Part shown: positions 33,325 to 49,026 of the stretch, piece by piece | How positions within the stretch are numbered: position 1 is the stretch's first letter | Layout of the letters: each line of letters starts with the position of its first letter | NCBI GenBank assembly: GCA_030704615.1 | Contig: CM060731.1 | Coordinates: forward strand, 35,278,001-35,342,000 | Reading direction: 5' to 3' | Source of the DNA: Takakia lepidozioides | Taxonomy: Eukaryota > Plantae > Bryophyta | Length of the DNA stretch: 64,000 bases | Program-made: the position numbers and the translations under genes | Notes under the pieces: generated by a model | Databases searched by the model: none | Told to the model about the DNA's origin: nothing | The model's input: the letters and a program-made list of their open reading frames with translations, nothing else

Positions 33325-35474
33325 TTATTTCTTAGACAATGCTTTCCCCACCCGTTTCACTTTTGGTGGACAATTGTCCATTTTCATATCAGCAGCGATA
33401 GCTGGGAGCCACTCCTCTCCACGCTCCTCCTTCAAGCGAGCTACTCTATCTTCCTCGTTCTTGGCTGCCTGTTCATCTTCAGCGGCAGCTGCTTGGGCTG
33501 CTGCTAGGAGTTTTTCCCTTGCTCGCTCTGCCCCTGCTCTTACAGTTTCTCCTGTCACAGCTGCTGCCAGTAGCCCAGCCTGGTGCTGTGATGTCGAGCA
33601 GTAACACCGCAAGCCCTTAGTGCAAGTTTAAAACATCATCTTCCAATAATTTAGGTGTTGAGGGTGAGTCAAGATGCTGAAGTGCAATCAAGCACATATT
33701 GTGACAACTTTAAGTAAGGTCACAAAACCAACCTTCTATAGATTCCCCTCTTCCAGTAGACTGCTTTCCACTCGTCACAAAACTCTCAAGAACAGGCCAT
33801 CAAAGACGAACAAGGAGCAGGAGTACCTCAATGGAATCCTCATCACTGATGCCATTTTTCTTCACTACCCGCTTCCGTTTTGGAGTTTGCTCTACAAAAA
33901 GTAAATTGCCCCTGGTGAATCCATCATAGTCAAAGGAGGACATACAGACTCTTAAATCGCCATAATCAAAGGAACCAACAATTTTAGAGTTACAAGTACT
34001 AGCAGAAACCCCAGCTGCATTAATCAGGACTAATATGTGTCATGATCATTTTCAGAACTAGCTTGTTTAGATCAGATCCACAGAATTGACCACCTTGTAC
34101 AAATATCAAACTAGACAACAATGTCCAGATACAAAAAACATGTAACAACATCCAGCTTGTGATATGGAGGGATTCCCTTTGCCACCTCAGGAATGCATTC
34201 AGGAGCAGGGAAACAATCAGAGAAATAAAAGAAGTGCAAAACCTCCTCAATACTTACTGGCAGCCATGGACAGATAGCAAGGAAGCACAGGCATGCTGAA
34301 GACACACTGGGTTGGTTGACATCTGCGTATAGATGGATATGGCAGAGTTGTGTTGTGTTAGAAGACTATGCAGTGTTTCTACTGAGCAGGTGAGTTAAGT
34401 TATGGCCAACTACAGCTATATGATGCCTCCACGCAGTGCACATCTACCATACATGTACCAGCACCGATAGCAACATACCTGTACTTTTTATCAAAATGCC
34501 AGGGGGTGCCCTCTTGAAAAGACAAATTCCCATGTCACTCCCACCATCATCAACATGACTGCCATGGCATAGCACAGGCTCCCCCCTCGTTGCAGATCCA
34601 TCATCAAAGCTAGCACCTACAGTCTTGTCTAGATGCTTGTATAGAAGGTCTTGCAACTGCATAGCCATGAGGTGATTTTCATAAATAGAACGAAGTTGAC
34701 ATGGTAAAATCCACTTGTAACAAGTGGCCCCACATTGTTCCAAAGAGCATAGGGCAATTGAGTGACGTCTAAGACTACTTTCACATTCAACTCTTTCCAT
34801 CTCGTACATCTCACCCAAGCGTGATACTTTACTGGCAACGGCCATTAACACCTGCACTCAGTCATCCGGATAGCTACAACAAACAAAGTGGGGACAAGCA
34901 GGAGTCACCAAAAGCAAAGGACCTTATGTTTAATGCCACAATAAGATGTCTAAAGGACGCCCAGCGTCCACGTGCCAAGCGGGTATTTAGTTTGCATAGT
35001 AGAATAGCTTGCAGCTCGAACAAAAGTATTCTTGCAACAGCTTCATTTGCAGTACGCCAGTCACAAGCTCTCCACAAACTCTTTGGTGTGGTTGACCTCT
35101 AGGGCTACCCAAAGCAGTACTAACCACACCTGGACCAGATAATCTACTGGTAAACGTCTAACAGAATTGGACTAAACTCATCTCAAGCACAGAGACCACC
35201 TTGCCTGCAGCGATTAAAAACAAACCAATGAGGATTTAACCCCTACCCGAGTTTGGTACAACTTCAGCCCGCCAGATGTATCCTCACTGTCTTCTTTCTC
35301 TGCGTTCGGGCGTCTTCTCCCGGCAGAGTTAGAAAGTCTGCCATGGCGATTAGATATTTTGACAGACGCATTTTGAACTACAGCCACAGAGTCGATAACC
35401 ACACTGCGCAATGCAGCCTGACTGGCTGCCTCGTCCTCGTCTTCCGAAGAGCTGCAGCCACCATCCAAACCCAT
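33325..35474 (-). CDS. Uncharacterised conserved protein, CUSTOS (C12orf43)-like, 4 exons, 243 aa
   Basis: Exons 35474-35247, 34656-34479, 33891-33827 and 33585-33325 give an open 732-nt frame. Motifs SSSEDEDE...ALRSVVID, LQDLLYKHLD, GICLFKRAPPGI and EEDRVARLKEERGEEWLPAIA. Confidence 0.7.
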
Positions 35475-35606
35475 ATCTCTCCACTGCGCCTTCTCTAATT
35501 AGGGTTCACCAGCAATCTCATTTGCCAAGTAATAGAAAAGGCCCGGGAGTTGAATGCACCCGTGCGGGTGTGCCTGCGTGGCCCGTCCCTCCCCATTCGC
35601 TTGTGG

Positions 35607-36175
35607 ATGCAGGCTTGTGGATGTTTGTGCCGACATTGTTCACCTTGGGGCAAGATAGAGCAACATCAACAAATGAAACAAGTCTATGAGGTTCAGCATT
35701 TAGCACTTGGCACAATCACGGCGGTGCAGCCCCTTGGCCATTACAAGCCATATCTTAGTAGATTTAACCTCGCACTTGTGTACCCAAATTGTGCATTGCT
35801 TCAACAATGATGAAACTCCTCGTCTTAGAGAACCAATATATCAGGTTTCCGATCAAAATGGGCATCTACTTTCTTGAATAGCTCCTCTCGAGCTTCCCAT
35901 GATGAAACATCACACACCGAGCCTTCCACCTTCAAGCCTGCCTTCCTCCATGACATCAAGCAGTCACTGAGTGTTCTTCTGGGCTTCCACAGGTGACGGA
36001 GACTCTCTGCTAGCTCTTCCACAACGGCCTGGCTGCAAGCTCTGAAATTGTATCAGAATGATATTCAGCGGACATCGTGCATCTGTACACTTTGAAGAGC
36101 TTTTGCAGTGGCTTGATTTGTAATGATGTCCATGGTAAAGTTTGAGGCTTCAATTCTTGTCCAAAAACTCTCCAC
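35607..36175 (-). pseudogene. Truncated third copy of the tropinone-reductase-like SDR
   Basis: Exon 2 carries a deletion ([19 protein letters not shown]) and only the start of exon 3 remains ([12 protein letters not shown]). Exons 1, 4 and 5 are absent. Confidence 0.85.
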
Positions 36176-36693
36176 TGATACTAAAAGTCTAAAAATTGAG
36201 ATAGATTGCTATGTATTTGGAGGATCAATTGTCAAATTTTTGCTTCATTCACACACCCATCAGGTAATATTTCCTTTCTAATTCATCTGAAAGTACTTGC
36301 ACAGTAACATTATTTGGGCATTATGATTGAGTGTGATGGCAACATTTAATTTTATTTGAACTTTAAACTTGCCATCCTTAGATGAAGTTCCGCCTTCTTC
36401 CCTGGGCAAAATGTGGAGTCTATCAATACCCCTGGGGACGCCCCCATTTTTACAAATGCAAATTTCATCCAGGGCTTGAGTTTGATGTCATAAGCAAAAC
36501 CGACTGAATCAACCTTTCAACTTACCTTTTTTATTCTGTGATATGAATGTATGCTTCTCCCCTGTGGTTTCTACTACAGGCTGTAACAGAAAGGTAGGTC
36601 CATTCTCATGTACCCATAGATTTGTTTTGAATACCTCCACCAGTTTCATTTATCTGAATCCAACTCGGATCACGGTAGCATGCATGCACCAAC

Positions 36694-40093
<3,400 letters not shown>

Positions 40094-40830
40094 CGCTCTC
40101 GCTCTGTCCCGTGCTCACAATCCGCTCACTCGCTCGCACTGTGATTAAGCCCAACCCTCCACAGTCCACACCAACGCTCCGCTGCTCACGTCCGAGTCTC
40201 CGACGCCCACATTTTATACTACTCTTTCCCGCGTGCCGGATCTGCGTGTCGGCGATTCACAGGCCATCCTCCACATGTGACCAGACCTGGAGGTGGCGCG
40301 CAGTGCTACACCGGTCAACGGTCGTATATGGGTTCTAACTTCTACTGTCCCGGTTCGGGGAAATTGTCTCGAGTCATTGGAATGTGGGCCAGGGCATTTT
40401 CAAACTTACCCCGCTCCGGGCGTGGCTAGTTTTGAAGGTCAGAAAAAGAGAGAAGAATGCAAGGAAAGGGGTGTAGCTTTGGATTACTTATGTGTAGGGT
40501 AAAGAGCTGGAGCAAAGATGTTAGCCTGTTTGGGTGCCCGTTAGCAACTCTCCACGCGGCGCGTGCGTTCCGCTGGTTATAAGTTATAACGCACCGGCTA
40601 GGTCACTGCCACGCAAAATACACTAAAAAACTTTGAAGCGTTTTTTTACGAGGCCATGGGTCAAGCGATAAGATGAGGCGGCGAGGACCACTGTTGAGCG
40701 GATATATACAGTTAGCAGGATATGAACAGCAGGATATCAAAGTATTTGGACCTGGGACCGGCATTTGTTTTAGGACCCGGGCTAGATGCATAGCCCGTGG
40801 ATGTGAAAATGTGAAAAAAATATTCTCTAC

Positions 40831-41192
40831 CAGTGTAACACTCCCGGGTGGATATCCGGCCAATACCGGTCAACAAATCCGGCAGCAAATTAATAACCGG
40901 ATGCATACCTGGATCCGCTGTTTAATGATTGGCATGTTGGTACCGTAGTACCTTGGCAATTTCGCCACAAATTTTAGTATTTCAAAGATTGTTGAAAACT
41001 TTAGAAATTGATTTTGTGAAATAAAATAACTTTGTGGATGATAATAAAGCATCTTTAGGAATATTCTATATAATGAAATGAAATCCTCAAAATAAAATAA
41101 ATATTTGACAGATGAGTATTGAACTTGCCAAGGTACTTCGGTATGCCCGGAAGCGACCTATATTGAAAATAATTAAAGTCTGCCCAACACTA
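40831..41192. mobile_element. Probable hAT-like remnant
   Basis: CCGG-rich. It ends CTGCCCAACACTA, the reverse complement of the YAGTGTTGGGCAG terminus at 51686. No TSD found. Confidence 0.35.
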
Positions 41193-41615
41193 ATGAGGAC
41201 CCAATTTCTCAAGGTTTCCAGGAGCTCCAAGGCAGCTCTCCTTAGAGATGTATGGTATCAACAAAAGCGTACTAGGAAACAAATGGACAATGGCACAACT
41301 CTATCTGAGTGATGTGAAATGCAGTGCAGTTTGTTGCAGAGTTAAGCAGCCTTTGATATGAACATATTCTACTTGAGCTTTATTTCTTGTCAAAGCAAGA
41401 CAGCGCATTGCCATTTGAGGCTTGTGTTATGGTATGAATCCATCTGTGCATGTGAATTTTATCTCTCGTCTTCTCTTCTGTGGCTTTTACTACAGGCCGT
41501 AAGAGAAAGTGAGGTCCATTCTCATGTACCCACAGATTTGTATTGAACACCTCCACCAGTTTTATTTATCTGAATCCAACATCAACTCGGATCACGGTAG
41601 CATGCATGCACCAAC

Positions 41616-44600
41616 CTAGTTAGTTGGTGGGAAGCAGCCATTCACACTCAGGCCACCATCAATGACTATGGTTTGCCCGGTTATGTAAGAAGCAGAAGGC
41701 ATGCACAAGAATGCCACAACGCCTGCAACCTCGTGCGCCTCCCCAACTCTCCGTAAAGGTGTCCGACCCACAATCAAGGCAACGGAATTGGGATCACTCA
41801 TTACCTGCCCCACACATCCATTTGCATAGAATTTAGAGAAAATGAAAAAATGTTCAACATTGTGCTGTGACTGACTCTAAAGACGTACCCATTGCAATCT
41901 TCAATCTGCACAACACATGTCACCCCTAGAAACCACCATGTATATGGCACAAGTCAAGGACATACCCCTTGTACTAAGTCCGTGTTGATGATCCAGGGAG
42001 CCACACTATTAACACGGATTCCGTCCTTTGCCCACTCACATGCTAAATTCTTGGCAACCTGGTTCATGGCCCCTGCAAAAATGCACCCCATTACACTCTC
42101 TCATTCATTACTTGTCTGAGGCAGTTTGCAAAATTCCAACAAACAGTTTGTAGAAGGACCATTTTTGGTGTTGAGGTGGCCAAGCACACGATTGGCCCTG
42201 AAACTTTATGAGATATTGACATGCTCCATGACTCATGGGCCATCCAAGTGAGGAGGAACATGGCAGACAAAGTGGGAAAGAGGATGGGATGCTATGTGTC
42301 ATGTTACACAGGTGTTGTGGCCTTGAAGGCATTGGCCTCAGTTCAAAACCAATTCGAAGTTGGTAGCAGTCACCCATTTTAAACTGAGCCAGTCTCACCT
42401 CCAAAAAGTCCTTGTTGGCGAGGGTCAGCCTCATTCACATTTCAAAAACACAAGCGCTGAGTAAAGAGAAAGACAGAAGGAAACTTACTGAAACCAAGGA
42501 AAACCTAGAGGACCTAGGGACAGAGAACAGACAAACAAACAATGAAAAGGGCTTGATGTGACTTACCCTTACTTGGACCATATACTCCAGCAGCGCCAAG
42601 TGCAACAACTCCGGCCACCGAAGAGATAAATACAATGCTACCGTTCCCTGAGGCCTTTAAACATGGATGTGCCAGCTGGCTGCAATGATAGGCAGACTCG
42701 AAATTGGTGGATAATATATGAGAGAAATCTTCGGCAGTGTATCCTAATGCAGGCTTGTGGATGTTCGTGCCGACATTGTTCACCTTGGGACAAGATAGAG
42801 CAACATCAACAAGTGAAACAAGTCTACGAGGTTCAGCATTTAGCACTTGGCACAATCCTTATTTCAAAACAAAATAGTCACGGTGGTTCAGCCCCTTGGG
42901 CAATACAAGCCACATCTCAGTAGATTTAACCTTGCATTTGTGTACCCCAATTGTGCATGCTTTAACAAAGTCATGAAAATCACCACCTAAAAACTTAGGT
43001 CCGTGATATGTCAACAACGTATCTGATGAATTGGCAAGGCTATGGCATCAATTTAATGCCAAAGACATCATATGCTCTAATGTCTTCTTGGTAAGACTCA
43101 GGTTTTCCTTCTTCCCTCCCCACATTGCGGCTTACTTCACAGTATGCACCACAGGCTTTCCTTTTTCCCTGACTCTGTTGTCAAGTGGACATAACTGATG
43201 AAAGTGTCATACTTCTTTGGGACATGATTAACTGGTAGCTCAGCTAGTGATGTCCCAATGAATTGTGGAGCTTTATTCTAACAGGCCTCTTACACAAGAA
43301 AATGTGATGGTGTGGCAAATGAAGTTATCACCAAGAATACATTACTGCATGGACTAACCACCCAGGAGCAATGGTAGTTTAAAGGACTTGTGTAGGGTGA
43401 AATGCAATATAATTGATGTTAATTAACATACCAATATATCAAGTTTCCCCTCAAAATGGGCATGGACTGTCTTGAATAGCTCCTCTCGAGCTTCCCGTGA
43501 TGAAACATCACACACCGAGCCTTCCACCTTCAAGCCTGCCTTCCTCCATGACTTCAAGCGGTCATTTAGTGTTTCTTCTGATCTTCCACAGGTGTACACA
43601 GAGACTCCCAGACCTGCTAGCTCTTCCACAACGGCCTGGCTGCAAGGTCTCAAATCAATATTTTTTCAGGTTATTTACAGCTACATCACATCTGTACATC
43701 GTAAGGTGCTTTTGCAACCCTGGAGTACATCATTTTCCAGTGGCTTCATTTGTACAGATGTCCATGGTAAAGGTTGAGGCTTCAACTCTTGTCCAAAAAT
43801 CTCTCCATCATTTCTTTATCCATCAATACAGTGAAGACACCCCCAGGACTGGCCAACAGAGTCTGAGAAATATGTGCTCACTAACCATTCACTGAATCTA
43901 GCCTTCAGGAGGGGACCTAACCCCTCGTGGCACTGGTTGAAGATTGACACAGCACTCGTCCACAAACAAGGACAATTCGCCTTACATCACATATGCAGAC
44001 GATTTTCCAATGGTCAGCCTCTTAGGGAGCGAGGCCACTGCCCTTAAAATCCTCAAGATAGTGACAGAATTTACACAAAAAAGCTGCAAGTGCACACTGA
44101 AGAGATTCAACTGAATTGGGCCCTCTACCTTACAACAGATGATAATTCGTGGGAGGAAATGTAAGGCCTGACTTGATTGAATTCGGCAATCTCAGATTTA
44201 CCACCACACTCAGGTCTGCGAATTTCTCTCTCTCAAGTAGTTCTTCATTTGTTCTACCTCATCCCAAAGGACATTATAAGGTTTCTTGCTTAGAGTACCA
44301 TTTCAAATCATATCCTCCCCAACTTGTCCCTTCTCACATTGTTGCTGTCATCGCAAGCTCCGCCATCCGTGTGTAGTCAGAGCTACAAATATGATGTGCC
44401 AAATCTCACAAAATCAACGAAGGAGTACCTTAATGCAATTTCTCCCACCATACCAAATGAAATAATACTTCATAACATCCGCGGAAATCTCAGCGAGCTT
44501 GTGGGACAAGAGAAAGCACGAAACGAGAAAGAGTGAGGGGCCCTCCACAGTGGCCAACAGCTACTGGACGCATTCACAGATACCAGGCTGAGCTTGTCGC

Positions 44601-44989
44601 ACAAACGCCGGCTCAAATTGCTGGGGTGATCTCATCCACGATGTCGTCAAAAAGCTTCGGCCTAAATAGATAATGGGTTTAGAAATGAGTAGCATCCGAT
44701 CCGACAAATCTCTTCAGTGGCTGAAAGCACCAGAGAAAATTAAACCTCCGTCATACTGTTAAATCCTCAGGCGACCAAGGCCAGGGAAAAACTGTCCATC
44801 ACGTTTGGACCAGCCTTGAGCACGGATCCCACATACCCATGCGTAGCAAGATGGCACAAACTCAATACCAGAACCCACAAGGAAAGGCGAAAATAAGTAC
44901 CCGACACCCCGAGTACCGCCAGTCACGAGAGCGGTCTTGCCTTCAAGATTCCATCGCTCAGCCAACGAGGGCAAGCTGCTGCCCGCCAT
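41616..44989 (-). CDS. Tropinone reductase-like short-chain dehydrogenase, copy A, 269 aa
   Basis: Exons 44989-44901, 43639-43432, 42783-42567, 42072-41966 and 41804-41616 (810 nt, open). Motifs [12 protein letters not shown] and YGPSK. Confidence 0.92.
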
Positions 44990-45174
44990 CGCTCTCGCTC
45001 TGTCCCGTGCTCGCAGTGCGCTCACTCGATCGCACGAAGAAGCCCCACCTCCACTTCCCACACCGACGTCCGTCGGCGTTTCACACGCCCATCCACAAAC
45101 GTGTGACGGGTTAATCACAGGTGCTGTGTAATGAGATTGCTTTGTGGTGAGATGGTGTAGTATATTCTTGGGAG

Positions 45175-45988
45175 CAGCGTCCGGGAAATAATTTCAGTTG
45201 AACCAGCCAGTAGCCGCTCATTCCCAGCAGCAATCGGCTAAGTGGGTTGGGCAGTCGGTTGCTGCCCCTTAGTGGTAACTATACCCGGTCAATTTCCGAG
45301 ATAATTTCTTTACAACCGGTAATATTCCTAATGATTTATTTTGTGTTCAGCTATAAATCCGGCCCTTATAAATATCAACCGGTTGACAACACAAGTGTCA
45401 AATGCACAACAATAAGTAAATAATAATAATAATAAATAATCACAACCAGTTTTAAGCAATTCAAACAAGTGAAGAACATTGTATCCTTATAGAAGTTGGA
45501 CCTGTCAATGCCCTCAAACCACATGGAGGCCAAGAATTGAACCTGCGTGGACAGGTGAGCTGTGATAGCAGGCAGCGAGTGCAAGCAGGCGTGGGGCTGG
45601 GGCTGCGAGAGCAACGTCCAGACTTAGTAGGGTTTGCCCGCGGGCCCGCCCTCTTTGAGTTCAATATTTTTTCACCTAAACGCCCTTCCTTGGATGTAAC
45701 CCGGCCTGGCACGTTGGATTTCTGCCATGTGGTGGACCGACGGCCATTTCCATATTTTGTAATATAAGAAGGGCCGGAATCCGTCCAGGCCTTGCCAACT
45801 AAGGCAGATTTCCTGTCTGTAATGAAATGGAAAGGCAAATATCCTTCCTAAAAGTAGGGCACCCGGTTGATTTCCACTTCGGCCATTTTTTCCCTCCGAT
45901 CCATTTCCTGAGGTTTCATATTTCATTCGAAAATTCTGGAATTCAGTCGGCTAGCATGTAACTGGCTGCCGGTTCTCCCCGGACGTTG
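45175..45988. mobile_element. Non-autonomous hAT-type element upstream of SDR copy A
   Basis: TIRs CAGCGTCCGGG / CCCGGACGTTG (10/11 match). Perfect 8-bp TSD CTTGGGAG at 45167-45174 and 45989-45996. Confidence 0.9.
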
Positions 45989-46984
45989 CTTGGGAGGTTG
46001 TATAATTCCCTAGCAAGGGAGTCTACATCAGTCGGACATTGTAGATGTAGTGAGAAGGTACTTGCAAAGAGTAAACGCTGAGCTTACTTCTACCAAAGTG
46101 GTACTCGTGAAGTGGGAAGTTACGAGTAATTACAATTAAAATCCCCAGTTTGGATACTTAAGTTTAGATCACAATTGTTTTGAGAAATAGGTTTGCAATC
46201 AGAAAATGTTAAGAAGTATGACATATATAAGAACATGGCTAATTGACCAGCTTCGGGAAGGCAGCACGTTCTCTTCTTCCTTCTGTGGAAAGGAGTACTA
46301 ATCGATTGTACACTGATGCTACTCTTTGTGAGCCGATTTTGGTTGACGCGACAATAGATTGTGCACACCTACCTAATATGTACATGGCAAGCTTTGCAAA
46401 GGAAACATGAGATTATATACACTTTTACCGTGTCAAAATGACAAGTTCGTTTTACATCTTGTCGGAGACAAGACGCACTTGCAAAATATGCGCAAAGCTG
46501 GAAACTTTAACAATTCTAAACCATCGGTTCACTTCAGAAGCTCAACACTCGTTCCACTGCTCTTCCCTTCTATCTTCGAAAGTGAAGACCTACATGATTG
46601 GATGATCAAAACCACACGCACATGGTTCCAAGCACAATTACACAAATCGTTTACCAGATGTCCATTTGAAGTGACACAAGCAAAGTGTTCGCACCAATTG
46701 CACTGACCTAATATGCCCGAATAAACGTTACATTCCACAAGATGAATCCACCAACACCAGAGTCGTAAGATTTTTAAAGACTAAAGAGTGTTTGGGAAAG
46801 AATGGATGACCTAAGTAACACTTCGTACGTATATACAAGTCCGGCAGACCAAATGGCATAGTCTTGCTGTATGCGCAGACGGAGCTCAGACACCGATGCA
46901 TGCAGCTTCATCTTTGACAGCCTGCAAGTTTCTGGCTCCAGTCAGTGAACTCTTGAACTCTTAGTCGCTCAGATGTCCATCAGA

Positions 46985-47185
46985 TCAATATGACCGGAGC
47001 TGCGCACCGCATCTGGAGCACATGACTCGCCGGTTATACGTGCAGCAAACGGGGATGAAACAAAACCGATACATGTTACGTACTCGCACTTTGCTGGCGC
47101 TCCCTCCACATCTGCCGCACAGGCCCGCAGCAGGCACAGCGCTCTTCACCTTGCGCTTCTCGTCGCACAAAAAACAGAAAAACAT
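46985..47185 (-). CDS. Small zinc-ribbon protein (zinc_ribbon_15-like plant family), 66 aa
   Basis: Pattern MFF...AGLCGRCGG...RFCFIPVC...VMCSRCGAQL with two CxxC pairs. TATA-like CTATAAAA on the minus strand near 47490. Confidence 0.85.
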   Translation of the reverse strand: MFFCFLCDEKRKVKSAVPAAGLCGRCGGSASKVRVRNMYRFCFIPVCCTYNRRVMCSRCGAQLRSY

Positions 47186-49026
47186 GGTGCCTGACTGCCA
47201 CTTCCCAACGATTCAACACCACTGGTTTCTCTGCTGAAGCTTTCTTGTCCCGGCGCTTCAGGTAACAAAGAATTATACCGTCTCCCTCCGCTTCTCCAAA
47301 CTCCGCTTCACAGATGACCAGCACAGTCCAGATTCCACACCTCCGATCGCAAGAAGGATCACAACTCAGAAATCTTTGTCGAAAGCAAATCTGTTAAGAA
47401 GACTCCCAAATCCAAACTCGCTTGGAGACGAACACAGAGAATACAATTGAAGCACCAACGCATCCTCTACACTCCACCGAGCGACTCATTTTATAGTATG
47501 TTCCCCCCGCGTGCCAGACGTCGGTGGCCGTCCGCGTGTCGGCATCGCACACGCTCACCTAAAACGTGTGACCGGTCATCACCGGTGTGCAGGCTCGCAT
47601 TCCTGGAAGTGGTCGGTGAGCACCACGTGTCGATAAGGTAACAGAGATCAACAGAGTTCATCTCTATTCATACCACAGAATTAGGAGGATGAGTACCTAG
47701 TAGAATATTCTATTTTTGCTTCACTCTATGGGAACGTGATCTTCTGAGTGGATCGTGTTCCCGAAGATGCCTCAGTGAGAGAGGCAGAGAGAGACAACTT
47801 TTTGCTCGAGTTTAGAATTCCGTGTATCTTCTTCGCAGTACAAAGTGTGTTTGCAGAAGCATGCAGCTTGGGATGGGCTTCATCCTGCAAGGCGGAAACT
47901 GCAGAGAGCTTTTGAAGATGGCACATCAGCAGTATGCCGAAACTGGGTGCATGTAGGATACAGAATCGGAAACAAAAAGCGAGATGGGAGTCAGTCATGG
48001 GGAATTTTTCTACTGGTGTGCGAAGTTTCACGGCAGGTGAATATCTTCACGACTTGGCCAATGTATCCAGCTTCTTGTATATCCTCTACCTCTCGGACAT
48101 GTCCAGTACCAGGGGCACAATATTCCTGTGTGTGGGCATATAGATTAGTGAATTCAAGGCACCTAAAAAGTCTTGGGTTTGAAAATGTAGGTAGGCCACT
48201 CAGAACCCCGGTGGCTTGCATCCTCACAGGGGCGAGCTGACTGTCATTGTGTAAGGAAGAACGCAGGAGCACTTTTAAGGATGCCACCAACTGGACATCA
48301 GACGCAAAGTTTGAAGGAGGAAAGTGCACATGTGCTGCCCATGCTGAAAATAGGCAGTTTGCATTTCGAAGACCACATGGTCATCAGACATCCAGACACC
48401 TGAGAGCTACAATTATCACTCTCCGCTCACCAATCCCCCAGCATTAAGAAAAGGAAGAAGCCGCTGCCTGCTGCTGAACTATCTTTGAAATATAAGAACC
48501 CTCATGTGCTCGTAGCTACTGCTGCCAACACAGAGCACATCCTATGCAACACAAGAGTTTTCCAAGTGATGCACTGAAGAGAGCAGTAACAGAGTATTTT
48601 GTAATTCATGGGCATGCAGGTGCTGGCTCCCAAGGGGGCAGCGTGAGGACACTTAGCCAAAGTGTTTTATTATCAAGTAAGTGAGGCCATAATGAATGCT
48701 CTTGTTTGATTTGGCTATGTTTTCATCTTTGGTGGCCTCTCAAATGTGAGATAACAGTTTACTAGGTTCTCACATTGATATATCGTCAGGGTCTATGGCC
48801 ACAAGGCTACAGCAAATGTCTTATGAGTACATTGATATATCCTCAAACCTCTTATCGGATTGGGTTGAACACCTTCAGCAAAATTGAAACCTCAAAGGTA
48901 ATTGAACCTCAGTTGAATGGAAGTGCAAGCTAAGTTAGGGTTGAGCTTTCTAACATGTAGATTGAGTGGGTTTGTGTTGGCTAGGCTTGCAAAGCAGGGA
49001 GCAAGTTTGCAGGTCTGAGATTTGCC

